This document shows positions 28,013 to 36,514 of a stretch of DNA of 64,000 bases, one piece after another. The DNA comes from Fidelibacterota bacterium MT.SAG.2 (GTDB taxonomy: Bacteria > Fidelibacterota > SORT01). The translations under genes were made by a program, and so were the position numbers. Every line of letters starts with the position of its first letter. The stretch's first letter is position 1. The stretch spans positions 7,559 through 71,558 of the forward strand of contig SORU01000005.1 of assembly GCA_004402915.1 (NCBI GenBank). The letters are read 5' to 3'. The notes under the pieces were generated by a model. It ran no database searches and was not told where the DNA came from. It was given only the letters and a program-made list of their open reading frames with translations.

Positions 28013-29146
28013 TTGGCAGTTAGGTTGCGATTAAGAAGAACCGGAAAGAAAAAACAAGCGCACTACCGTTTGGTAGCGGCGGATTCACGATCCAAAAGAG
28101 ACGGCAGATTTTTAGAAACTCTCGGGCATTATAACCCTCGATTGGATCCTCCTGTTGCCGTAGTCAAAGAGGATAGAATCTATTACTGGATCGATAAGGG
28201 CGCCGAGATGACTGAGGCTTTCCGTGGAATTATGAAGAATCAAGGGCTTCTTCTTAAGTTCAATCTGATGAAGAAAGGCGCCTCTGAGACCGAAATAAAT
28301 GAAGAGATGCAAAAATGGGCTATGTCTCATGAGCTGCGAGTTCAGAAGAGAAGGGCAAGAATATCCAAGAAGAAGAAGCAGAAAGCCAAGATGGAAGCTG
28401 ATGCAGTCGATACAGCAGAGGAGACTCCTGTTGTAGATGAGGGAGCGGAAGTCGCTGCAGAAGCAGCTCCCGCAGAAGAAGCTCCCGTAGAGGAAAAGGC
28501 GGAAGATAAACCCGCAGAAGAAGCTCCCGTAGAGGAGACGACGGAAGATAAACCTGCAGAGGATGCTCCCGCAGAGGAGAAGTCTGAGGAAAAGGCGGAA
28601 GATAAACCCGCAGAAGAAGCTCCCGCAGAGGAGAAGTCCGAGGAAAAGGCGGAAGATAAACCTGTCGAAGAAGCTCCGGCGGAGGAGAAAGCTGAGGAGA
28701 AAGCCGAAGAGAAACCTGTAGAAGAAGCTCCCGTTGAGGAGAAGTCTGAGGAAAAAGCGGAAGATAAACCCGCAGAAGAAGCTCCCGTTGAGGAGAAGTC
28801 TGAGGAAAAGGAGGAAGAAAAACCTGCCGAAGAAACTCCTGAGAGGGAGACAGCCGAAGACAAACCCGCCGAAGAGGTTCCCGCAGAGGAGAAGTCTGAG
28901 GAAAAGGCGGAAGATAAACCCGCGGAAGAGGCTCCTGCAGATGAAACTCCTGTAGAAGAGGCTAAGGATAAAGAAGAAAAACCTAAACCTAAAAAAGCAG
29001 CAGCTAAGAAAAAGCCGGCTGCTAAAAAGAAGACCGAACCGGAATCGAAGAAGGAAACAGAGAAGAAACCTAAGAAGAAAGCCGAAGAGAAACCTAAGAA
29101 GGCGACAGCTGAGAAAACCAAAAAGAAAGATGAAGGCGAAAAATAA
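28013..29146 (+). CDS. rpsP: 30S ribosomal protein bS16 with a roughly 290-aa repetitive acidic/lysine-rich C-terminal extension
   Basis: The N-terminus MAVRLRLRRTGKKKQAHYRLVAADSRSKRDGRFLETLGHYNP is canonical S16. The rest is AEDKPAEEAP(A/V)EEKSEEK repeats followed by a K/A/P-rich tail. Confidence 0.9.
   Translation: MAVRLRLRRTGKKKQAHYRLVAADSRSKRDGRFLETLGHYNPRLDPPVAVVKEDRIYYWIDKGAEMTEAFRGIMKNQGLLLKFNLMKKGASETEINEEMQKWAMSHELRVQKRRARISKKKKQKAKMEADAVDTAEETPVVDEGAEVAAEAAPAEEAPVEEKAEDKPAEEAPVEETTEDKPAEDAPAEEKSEEKAEDKPAEEAPAEEKSEEKAEDKPVEEAPAEEKAEEKAEEKPVEEAPVEEKSEEKAEDKPAEEAPVEEKSEEKEEEKPAEETPERETAEDKPAEEVPAEEKSEEKAEDKPAEEAPADETPVEEAKDKEEKPKPKKAAAKKKPAAKKKTEPESKKETEKKPKKKAEEKPKKATAEKTKKKDEGEK
28441..28960 (+). 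repeat. in-frame tandem repeats, 54-bp (18-aa) period, about 9 units
   Basis: GCGGAAGATAAACCCGCAGAAGAAGCTCCCG(C/T)AGAGGAGAAGTCTGAGGAAAAG recurs with small variations and a few shorter units. Confidence 0.9.
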
Positions 29147-29149
29147 GAA

Positions 29150-29701
29150 ATGACAGCTGAAATAATAAAGGGTTCAGATAATTTTATCTATGATCCCGAC
29201 ATGAAATATGTCGGTACTATTCAGGGAGCAAAAGGAATGAGCGGAGAGATGAAAGTAAATCTTCTCACTGCGCATCCTTCGCACCTTGCCAGTCTCGAAA
29301 GCATCTATCTGAAGATAGACGATTCCGGATCGATACTTTATACGATAGATAAAGCAAGATGGGATGGCTCAAGATTCACACTGAAGTTGCACGGAGTAGA
29401 TGATCGAAATACCGCTGAAGCTCTGCGTGGAGCTAAGATCATGATTCCGGAGGAAGCGTCATATAAAGTCGGCGAAGATGAATACTTTATAGAAGACCTG
29501 GTCGGAATGAACGTGGTGGATAAGAGCGGTACGAATCTCGGCAGGATCACGGATGTACTCAACTATCCCGCTCATGATGTATACGTTGTTTCAAAGGGCG
29601 ATGAAGAAATTCTAATTCCGGCGGTTCACGAGTACGTTCAGGAAGTCAATATGAACACCGGAACAGTAATGATAACTACGATAGAAGGTTTGAAAAACTG
29701 A
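29150..29701 (+). CDS. rimM: 16S rRNA processing protein RimM
   Basis: Its position is between rpsP and trmD, and the sequence has RimM/PRC-barrel-like features (GEMKV...). Confidence 0.85.
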   Translation: MTAEIIKGSDNFIYDPDMKYVGTIQGAKGMSGEMKVNLLTAHPSHLASLESIYLKIDDSGSILYTIDKARWDGSRFTLKLHGVDDRNTAEALRGAKIMIPEEASYKVGEDEYFIEDLVGMNVVDKSGTNLGRITDVLNYPAHDVYVVSKGDEEILIPAVHEYVQEVNMNTGTVMITTIEGLKN

Positions 29702-29706
29702 TTGCC

Positions 29707-30396
29707 GTGAAGATCAACATTATAACACCGTTCCCGGAAATTATTGAAGGAGCTCTATCCGCGAGTATTCTTGGAAGGGCTGTGAAAAACGGCATAGTGG
29801 AATATAATATTATCAACCTTCGTGAGTACGGGGAGGGTCCGCATAAGAAGCTCGATGACCATCCATTTAGCGGCGGTCCGGGGATGGTAATGATGGCAGG
29901 TCCGATCTTTGAAGCATTTGAAAAGGAGCTATCTGACAGCGACACTGAAAAACGAGTGATTCTCCCCACACCTGTCGGCGTTAAATACGATCAGAAATTA
30001 GCGGAGGAGCTCTCTAAAGAAAAGGAATTGGTTTTCATCTGCGGACATTATAAAGGTGTCGATGAAAGAGTAGTCGATTCACTCGTAACCGATGAAATTT
30101 CAATAGGTGATTATGTATTGACCGGAGGAGAGATACCAAGTCTCGCAATAATCGATTCCATCGTCAGGCTTCTCGAGGGGGCGATAAGCGATCCCGAATC
30201 GGCGGAGACCGATTCATTTTCGCATCCGTTATTGGATGTTCCTCATTATACCCGCCCTGCTAATTTCAGGGGAATGGAAGTTCCTGAAATACTACTGTCG
30301 GGCGATCACAAAAAAATAGAAATTTGGAAGAACGAGTTAAGGCTTAAAAGAACGAAAGAGCGAAGAGCAGATATTTTAACTGAGAATAAAGGTTAA
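29707..30396 (+). CDS. trmD: tRNA (guanine37-N1)-methyltransferase TrmD
   Basis: MKINIITPFPEI... and GGEIPSLAIIDSIVRLL are present, in conserved operon context. Confidence 0.93.
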   Translation: MKINIITPFPEIIEGALSASILGRAVKNGIVEYNIINLREYGEGPHKKLDDHPFSGGPGMVMMAGPIFEAFEKELSDSDTEKRVILPTPVGVKYDQKLAEELSKEKELVFICGHYKGVDERVVDSLVTDEISIGDYVLTGGEIPSLAIIDSIVRLLEGAISDPESAETDSFSHPLLDVPHYTRPANFRGMEVPEILLSGDHKKIEIWKNELRLKRTKERRADILTENKG

Positions 30397-30423
30397 TTCG
30401 ATTCAGAATTGGAGAGTTGAGAA

Positions 30424-30771
30424 ATGAATAAAGTTCAAGAATACGGCAAAACGCAAATGAAGGATGAAATATTGGATTTTCGGGCGGGCGACACGCTGTC
30501 CGTAGATGTGAGGATACGTGAAGCGGGCAAGGAGCGAACTCAGAAATTTGAGGGAGTTGTAATACAGATAAGAGGCGTTGGAGCGGATAAAACATTCACT
30601 ATTCGTAAGGTTTCTCAGGGTGTAGGCGTAGAAAGGATATTCCCTATTCACTCTCCGAGTATCTTAGGCATGAAAAAGATCAAGGCGGGTAAGGTCAGAA
30701 GGTCAAAGATCTTTTATTTGAGAAAATTACGCGGAAAAGCAGCCCGTATTGCGGAAAAACGCGAAAATTGA
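30424..30771 (+). CDS. rplS: 50S ribosomal protein bL19
   Basis: FRAGDTLSVDVRIREAGKERTQKFEGVVI is present, in operon context. Confidence 0.95.
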   Translation: MNKVQEYGKTQMKDEILDFRAGDTLSVDVRIREAGKERTQKFEGVVIQIRGVGADKTFTIRKVSQGVGVERIFPIHSPSILGMKKIKAGKVRRSKIFYLRKLRGKAARIAEKREN

Positions 30772-30815
30772 TTTAAGAAAGAGAACAGCTTATCAAAAAG
30801 CGGTTTTAGTCAAAT

Positions 30816-30857
30816 TCGCCGTCCCGTATGAATGATTATAGGGCGGCGATTTTTTTT
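30816..30857 (+). terminator. rho-independent terminator after rplS
   Basis: The stem TCGCCGTCCC/GGGCGGCGA is followed by T8. It overlaps the first codons of the called ORF 30832, which argues for the later start at 30868. Confidence 0.7.
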
Positions 30858-30867
30858 GCATAAATAT

Positions 30868-32082
30868 ATGAAAACACTGATTGAGGATATAGAAGTGAAC
30901 GATAAAAAACTAAATCCGGGTGAACGCAGAGCGCTCATTTTTGCCTCAACCGGACATGCCCTTGTTCATTCGTTCATGTTGATATTGCCGGCAGTTCTGA
31001 TACCTATCATGAACGAATTCAGTATCAGCGCAACGGAAGTCGGATTTATCGGAACACTCTCATACCTTATGTTCGGTTTGGGAGCGATTCCCTCAGGCTG
31101 GCTCACCGATAAATACGGTTCCCGCGGGCTTGTTGTAATTTGCTTGATCGGTTCGGGAGCCTCATCTCTGTTTATCGGGTTTTCAACCGGTTTGGCAATG
31201 CTTTACGGAGGTATGATATCATTAGGTCTTTTCACGAGCATCTATCATCCAGCCGGGCTTGCGATGATCTCAAGAAGGATAAGAAATATTCCGAGAGCGC
31301 TTGGGTATCACGGTATATTCGGGAATGTCGGACTCGCGGGAGCGCCTGTGGTATCAGGTCTGATCGCGAGCTATGGGGAGTGGAGGGATGCATATCTGCT
31401 CTTCGGTACAATCTCGCTTCTGATCGGAATTTATTTTTATCTAAAGCCGTTGACCAAAGGAAAATTGGAGGAAAATGAGGCTAACCACAGAGAAGGAGGA
31501 ACTCTTTTTCCCGAGTTGATCATTTTTTATCTCTCGTCGATCATCTTCGGCTTTGTATACAGAGGAACGCTTACATTCATGCCTTATCTCTTTACTCATA
31601 AGGTGACTCTGTGGGAAGGATTGGACCCGATAGCTGTGGGGGGAATGGTGACGACCGCCGCTCTTCTCACGGGGATGTTCGGGCAGTGGTTAGGCGGCAG
31701 AGCAGCAGAGAGATATTCTCTGACTTTGACTCTCATTCCGCTCTGGACGATAGTCTCGATTTCTCTTATGTTCATGGGTATGACGGCTCAATATTTACTT
31801 GTGATATCGGCGTTCATATTTACCATATTTATCTTTGGCGGTCAGCCTGTAGGCAACACCCTGCTGGCTAGCTACAGCTCGCTGAAAAGCAGAGGGAAGG
31901 GTTATGGGATGAACATCGCCATCGGATTCGGGATCGGTTCGTTTTCTGCAACGTTGAGCGGTTACATAGCTGAAAAATATGGAATCGGTGAAGTATTCAT
32001 ATTTCTGAGTATTATTATGATCCCCGGAATTCTATTGGCGTTCTGGATGCATCTGCTCGGCAGGAAAAGAGCAGCTATTTAA
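30868..32082 (+). CDS. MFS transporter
   Basis: There are about 12 predicted hydrophobic helices and the MFS-like loop GWLTDKYGSRG. The start is moved to MKTLIEDIE, downstream of the terminator. Confidence 0.75.
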   Translation: MKTLIEDIEVNDKKLNPGERRALIFASTGHALVHSFMLILPAVLIPIMNEFSISATEVGFIGTLSYLMFGLGAIPSGWLTDKYGSRGLVVICLIGSGASSLFIGFSTGLAMLYGGMISLGLFTSIYHPAGLAMISRRIRNIPRALGYHGIFGNVGLAGAPVVSGLIASYGEWRDAYLLFGTISLLIGIYFYLKPLTKGKLEENEANHREGGTLFPELIIFYLSSIIFGFVYRGTLTFMPYLFTHKVTLWEGLDPIAVGGMVTTAALLTGMFGQWLGGRAAERYSLTLTLIPLWTIVSISLMFMGMTAQYLLVISAFIFTIFIFGGQPVGNTLLASYSSLKSRGKGYGMNIAIGFGIGSFSATLSGYIAEKYGIGEVFIFLSIIMIPGILLAFWMHLLGRKRAAI

Positions 32083-32731
32083 TTAAGATCATCTTTCGCG
32101 TCTGAATAAATTCATCCGCAGTCAGCCGATAAAAATACACACCGCTCGCTAAATTGGACGCATTCCATTCAATAGAATGACTGCCTGCCGGCTGGATGCC
32201 TTCAATTAAACTCTCAACTTCTCTACCATGAATATCATAGATCAAAAGCGAAACACGACTCGCATTAGATAGAGTGAAACTGATCGTTGTAGAAGGATTG
32301 AATGGATTCGGATAATTTGGATATAAGTTGAAAGATCGGGAAAAAGCTTCCTCATCCTCTACTGTTACTACACCCCTTATGGAAAAATTCTCGCTGGTGC
32401 CAGTATAGCCTTCACCGACGTTATCCATGTAAATTCTTATTCTGCCCTCATCGATAGTCAGCTGGGGAACAACCCATTGATAGCTCCGTTCCGGAATGTC
32501 AATATCCAACTTAATTTTCTCCCATGTAATTCCGCCATCCGGAGAGAAAAATAAATCCCAATTATTCTGTGGATGTGGTACTACTAAAGTCCATTCTATC
32601 GTCAGAGTATCCCCTACGACAAAGACTTCCCCGCCAGCGGGGAAATTGAGGGCGACGTGCGCATTTGCCTTGCTTGATAGCAGCAACACTATTACTACAG
32701 AGAATGATCCTATAATTGATTTAAATTTCAT
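32075..32731 (-). CDS. small secreted protein with T9SS C-terminal sorting domain
   Basis: It has a signal peptide and the C-terminal YPNYPNPFNPSTTISFTL...IYDIHGREV...ASGVYFYRLTA...KMILIK. Confidence 0.7.
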   Translation of the reverse strand: MKFKSIIGSFSVVIVLLLSSKANAHVALNFPAGGEVFVVGDTLTIEWTLVVPHPQNNWDLFFSPDGGITWEKIKLDIDIPERSYQWVVPQLTIDEGRIRIYMDNVGEGYTGTSENFSIRGVVTVEDEEAFSRSFNLYPNYPNPFNPSTTISFTLSNASRVSLLIYDIHGREVESLIEGIQPAGSHSIEWNASNLASGVYFYRLTADEFIQTRKMILIK

Positions 32732-32863
32732 AGCAAATTAATCCTACTTTTCTATCACTCCAAGTTACGGTATGATTTTAAGGATACAATCAGTTTTTTA
32801 AAATAACTGTAATTACACTTCGATGCGAGGCAGGTTTCAGACTGGCCGCATAACATAACAGAG

Positions 32864-33073
32864 TTATTTAATCAAGATCATCCTCATGGTCTTGCTAAAG
32901 TCGCCTGAAGTCAGTTTATAAAAATAGAGTCCTGATGGTACGGAAGAGGCATTCCATTCTACGATATGATGACCCGCATCTTGTCGCTTATTAACCAGCT
33001 CCGTTACTGATTCTCCCAGCCGGCTTTTGTATAAATACGGATTGTCAACGGTTAAGTTGTGTAACTCTCTTGA
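32864..33073 (-). pseudogene. orphan T9SS C-terminal sorting-domain remnant
   Basis: The minus strand has an open frame of only 69 codons with no start codon: SRELHNLTVDNPYLYKSRLGESVTELVNKRQDAGHHIVEWNASSVPSGLYFYKLTSGDFSKTMRMILIK*. It parallels the C-terminus of the neighbouring gene 32075-32731. Confidence 0.6.
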
Positions 33074-33128
33074 CTAATCTCAAGATTCTGTATATCTTAA
33101 AGATTAGATAATACTATATTTAGTGCGA

Positions 33129-33194
33129 GTCAGCGCTTGCCCTGACCGCGCGAATTAATTATCGTTAGGTAATGGCGTCAGGACAAGCCCCGAC
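33129..33194. repeat. long imperfect palindrome upstream of selA
   Basis: GTCAGCGCTTGCCCTGAC (33129-33146) and GTCAGGACAAGCCCCGAC (33177-33194) pair at 15 of 18 positions. The 30-nt centre contains AATTAATT. Confidence 0.6.
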
Positions 33195-33232
33195 TGCCAC
33201 GTAAAGATGCAATCAGTGCTAAAAGAGCTCAT

Positions 33233-34648
33233 ATGACAGAGAGAAAAGAGATTCAAGAGGAACTAAAATCGCTGCCGTCAGTGGACGCGCTCCTGTTGCG
33301 CCCTGAATTGAAGAATATCGCTCTCCCGCATGAGCTGGTATTATCCGCATTAAGGGCATCATTGGAGGAAGAGCGGCAGTTGATACTGAACGGAGAGAGG
33401 AATGGAGAATTTTCAAAAGAAGAGACGGCTCAACGGCTGGCAGAATCCGTTTCAAAGAAACTCCATCAGGATTTCCTGCCGAGTATGAAAAAAGTCATAA
33501 ACGCCACAGGTATAATACTGCACACTAATTTAGGCAGGGCGCCTCTATCCAATTCGGTGCTGAAAAAAATGAATGAAATTTCAGGAGGTTATACGAATCT
33601 TGAAATTAGTTTGGAAACCGGAAAGCGCTTCAACAGGGATCAGCACATCGAGGAGTTGTTAAAAGCGCTGACAGGGGCAGAGTCCGTAGCCATCGTAAAT
33701 AACAATGCCGCCGCTGTTCTTTTAGCTATTAACACTTTCGCATATAAAAAGGAGTGTATAGTTTCGCGGGGACAGTTGGTCGAAATAGGCGGTTCGTTCC
33801 GGATGCCTGATGTGATGGAACGAGCAGGTACAAAAATGGTTGAAATAGGCACCACGAACCGCACGCACATGAAAGATTTCGAGAATGCGATCAGTGAAAA
33901 CAGCGGAGCAATCATACTCGTTCATACGAGCAATTATAAGATTTCAGGATTCACAAAATTCCCTGAACACAAAGAGATAGTGGAGCTAGCGCATAAACAT
34001 TCCATACCCGTGATATTCGATTTGGGAAGCGGCGCTTTGACGGATCTGACGCGATTCGGACTCCCAGGAGGGGAACTCGTGTCTGAAGTTGTGAAGACTG
34101 GGATAGATTTAGTGACATTTTCGGGAGATAAACTTTTAGGTGGTCCTCAGTCCGGCTTGCTTGTAGGTTCAAAGACCGTAATTGATAAGTGTAAAGAAAA
34201 TCCTCTGATGCGTGTCTTGCGGTGCGATAAAGTGACATTGACCGCAATGGAGGAAACACTGAAACTTTTTGCCGAACCGGAGCAACTTTCGGAAACACAT
34301 GCAGCCTATTCCCTTTTCTCAACACCATTGGAAGAGTTGAAAAAAAGGGCGGAAAATGCCGTCGTCAACTTAAACAAAAAGAGTGATGAATATTCGATTG
34401 AGATCAGAGAGGTAACCGGCGAGGCGGGAAGCGGATCGCTGCCCGTTGCAGAACTTGCGAGTATTGCGATCTGTCTTAAAAGTGAAACTGACAGTGTCGA
34501 AGCGCTGTCGAGGAAATTCAGATCGTTAGAAACTCCGATTATCGGATATATCAAAAATGACACATTTTTTCTTGATATGAGAGCACTGTTTGAAGAGGAG
34601 TTGAAACTCTTCTCCGACTCGATCCATGAGGTTATCGGTTCCGAATGA
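33233..34648 (+). CDS. selA: L-seryl-tRNA(Sec) selenium transferase SelA
   Basis: The PLP-lysine context is FSGDKLLGGPQSG. The N-terminus LPSVDALL and the 471-aa length are typical. Confidence 0.9.
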   Translation: MTERKEIQEELKSLPSVDALLLRPELKNIALPHELVLSALRASLEEERQLILNGERNGEFSKEETAQRLAESVSKKLHQDFLPSMKKVINATGIILHTNLGRAPLSNSVLKKMNEISGGYTNLEISLETGKRFNRDQHIEELLKALTGAESVAIVNNNAAAVLLAINTFAYKKECIVSRGQLVEIGGSFRMPDVMERAGTKMVEIGTTNRTHMKDFENAISENSGAIILVHTSNYKISGFTKFPEHKEIVELAHKHSIPVIFDLGSGALTDLTRFGLPGGELVSEVVKTGIDLVTFSGDKLLGGPQSGLLVGSKTVIDKCKENPLMRVLRCDKVTLTAMEETLKLFAEPEQLSETHAAYSLFSTPLEELKKRAENAVVNLNKKSDEYSIEIREVTGEAGSGSLPVAELASIAICLKSETDSVEALSRKFRSLETPIIGYIKNDTFFLDMRALFEEELKLFSDSIHEVIGSE

Positions 34649-36513
34649 GTCATGTGGTCATAGGCACAGCAGGGCACATCGATCATGGTAAAACCGCTCT
34701 CGTAAAGGCTCTGACGGGAAAAGACACGGATAGTCTGCCCGAAGAGAAATCAAGAGGCGTAACTATCGATATAGGATTTGCGTTTCTCGGTGATAACGCT
34801 ACGATTATCGATGTACCGGGGCATGAGCGATTTATAAAGAACATGGTCACCGGCGTTTCTACAATTTCATACGTGATGCTCGTTATAGCTGCCGATGACG
34901 GTGTGATGCCTCAAACGAGAGAGCATCTCGATATTTTGAGCTTGCTCGGGGTAGAGGATGGCATGATAGTCATCAACAAAATTGATCTTGTTGAAGAGAG
35001 CTGGCTTGATATGGTTATCGAGGACGTCAAAAAATTGACAAAGGGAACCTTTTTGGAAAACGCATCGATCTTCAAGGCATCCGCCATTAAGGGAGATGGG
35101 ATAGAAAAAATAAAAGAGACGTTGATCGCTGTGATCGCCGATAGAAAAGAGAAGGTTGACAAGGGGTATTTTCGTCTGCCTGTAGACCGCTCATTTTCGG
35201 TAAAGGGATTCGGAACTGTCGTAACGGGAACCGTAGTTTCGGGCTCGGTTCAGAAGGGAGACAGCGTGGAAATTCTACCCGGCGGGATCGAGGCAAAAAT
35301 TCGGGGAATACAGCAGCACAATGAAGAGACAGCCGGAGCAAAATTGGGAGAAAGAGCCGCGCTGAATTTAAGCGGAGTAAGCACGGAAGATGTGATCAGG
35401 GGGAGCCATATAGCGGCAAAAAATTACCTTAATTCAACCATGATTTTCGAGGCAAATTTGAATCTCCTCGGCACCGCGCCGAAGCCGCTTTCGAGCCGAA
35501 CCAGAGTCCGTCTTCATCTCGGAACGGGAGAAGTAATGGGCAGGATTTCACTCTTAGGCTCAGCTGAAATCGAACCGGGTGGAAACGGATTTGTCCAGGT
35601 TTTTCTCGAAAAAGAAGTTCCGGTAGCGGTCAAGGATAAATTCATTATACGAAGGTATTCGCCTCCGCTGACGATAGGCGGCGGAGTTGTTTTAAAGCTG
35701 TCAAAATCGAGATATAAACCGAAAGATAGAGAGATATACGAGTTACTTAAAGTAATAAATGAAGAGAATGACGTTGACACAGCAAAGATGCTGATTTCAA
35801 GAAAAAACGGTAACGGAATAGATGAACAGGAGTTAGGCGTCGAACTCGGGATAGCATCGGAAAAAGCTCTGAATTTGCTGAAGGAACTTGAAAAGTCATC
35901 TCTCATATTGGCGATCGGTCAGGGAATCAACATGCGGTGGTACGGCGCTGATTCGCTGACTGAATTGAAAGAATCTATCGTCTCCAAGATAGCCAGGTTT
36001 TTCGAGGAAAATCCCGTTTCAGTCGGAATAAAACTCTCCGAAATAAAGGAACTGTTAGAGTGCTCTTCCCAAGCCTTCGATTTCATAATTGAAAATCTGT
36101 CAGACGAAAAAAAGATTTCAAAATCCGGAGCATTGATCACTCTGAGAGGGGGTGAAAGCAGCGATACTGAAGAGGTCGAAGAGGCGATAACGTCGCTGCG
36201 ATACAGCGCCGCAACTTCGTCGGAATTAGCGAAGAATCTTGGCAAAGAAAACAAGGAGATCTATCAGCTTATCAAACGCCTGATTCAGGACGAGAAAGTG
36301 ATCAGACTTGATGGAGATTTATTTATTCACACAACTCTGATAGAAGAATTAATAGCAGAGATCGAAAAGCATTTCGAAAAGAGCGGAGAACTAAGCGTTT
36401 CAGATCTGAAAGATATTACAGGTGTATCCAGAAAATACGCGATACCGCTACTGCTCTATCTCGATGAAAACAGCGTCACAAGGAGAGAGGGAAATGTGAG
36501 GGTCAAAGCCTGA
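34645..36513 (+). CDS. selB: selenocysteine-specific translation elongation factor SelB
   Basis: G motifs [16 protein letters not shown] and NKIDL are present, with a long winged-helix C-terminal extension. The ATGA overlap with selA supports operon linkage. Confidence 0.9.
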   Translation: MSHVVIGTAGHIDHGKTALVKALTGKDTDSLPEEKSRGVTIDIGFAFLGDNATIIDVPGHERFIKNMVTGVSTISYVMLVIAADDGVMPQTREHLDILSLLGVEDGMIVINKIDLVEESWLDMVIEDVKKLTKGTFLENASIFKASAIKGDGIEKIKETLIAVIADRKEKVDKGYFRLPVDRSFSVKGFGTVVTGTVVSGSVQKGDSVEILPGGIEAKIRGIQQHNEETAGAKLGERAALNLSGVSTEDVIRGSHIAAKNYLNSTMIFEANLNLLGTAPKPLSSRTRVRLHLGTGEVMGRISLLGSAEIEPGGNGFVQVFLEKEVPVAVKDKFIIRRYSPPLTIGGGVVLKLSKSRYKPKDREIYELLKVINEENDVDTAKMLISRKNGNGIDEQELGVELGIASEKALNLLKELEKSSLILAIGQGINMRWYGADSLTELKESIVSKIARFFEENPVSVGIKLSEIKELLECSSQAFDFIIENLSDEKKISKSGALITLRGGESSDTEEVEEAITSLRYSAATSSELAKNLGKENKEIYQLIKRLIQDEKVIRLDGDLFIHTTLIEELIAEIEKHFEKSGELSVSDLKDITGVSRKYAIPLLLYLDENSVTRREGNVRVKA

Positions 36514-36514
36514 G

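Noticed and set aside
28342-29121. 259-aa minus-strand ORF rich in Ser/Ala/Gly/Phe repeats
   Set aside because: It is exactly antisense to the rpsP tandem-repeat tail. Its open frame is a by-product of the GAA/GCA-rich repeat on the sense strand, and the sense strand carries the canonical S16 N-terminus.
32742-33232. Search for tRNA-Sec (selC) upstream of selA and elsewhere in the window
   Set aside because: No sequence has a UCA anticodon loop flanked by complementary stems, a long extra arm and an extended acceptor stem. The only structured element there is the palindrome at 33129-33194.
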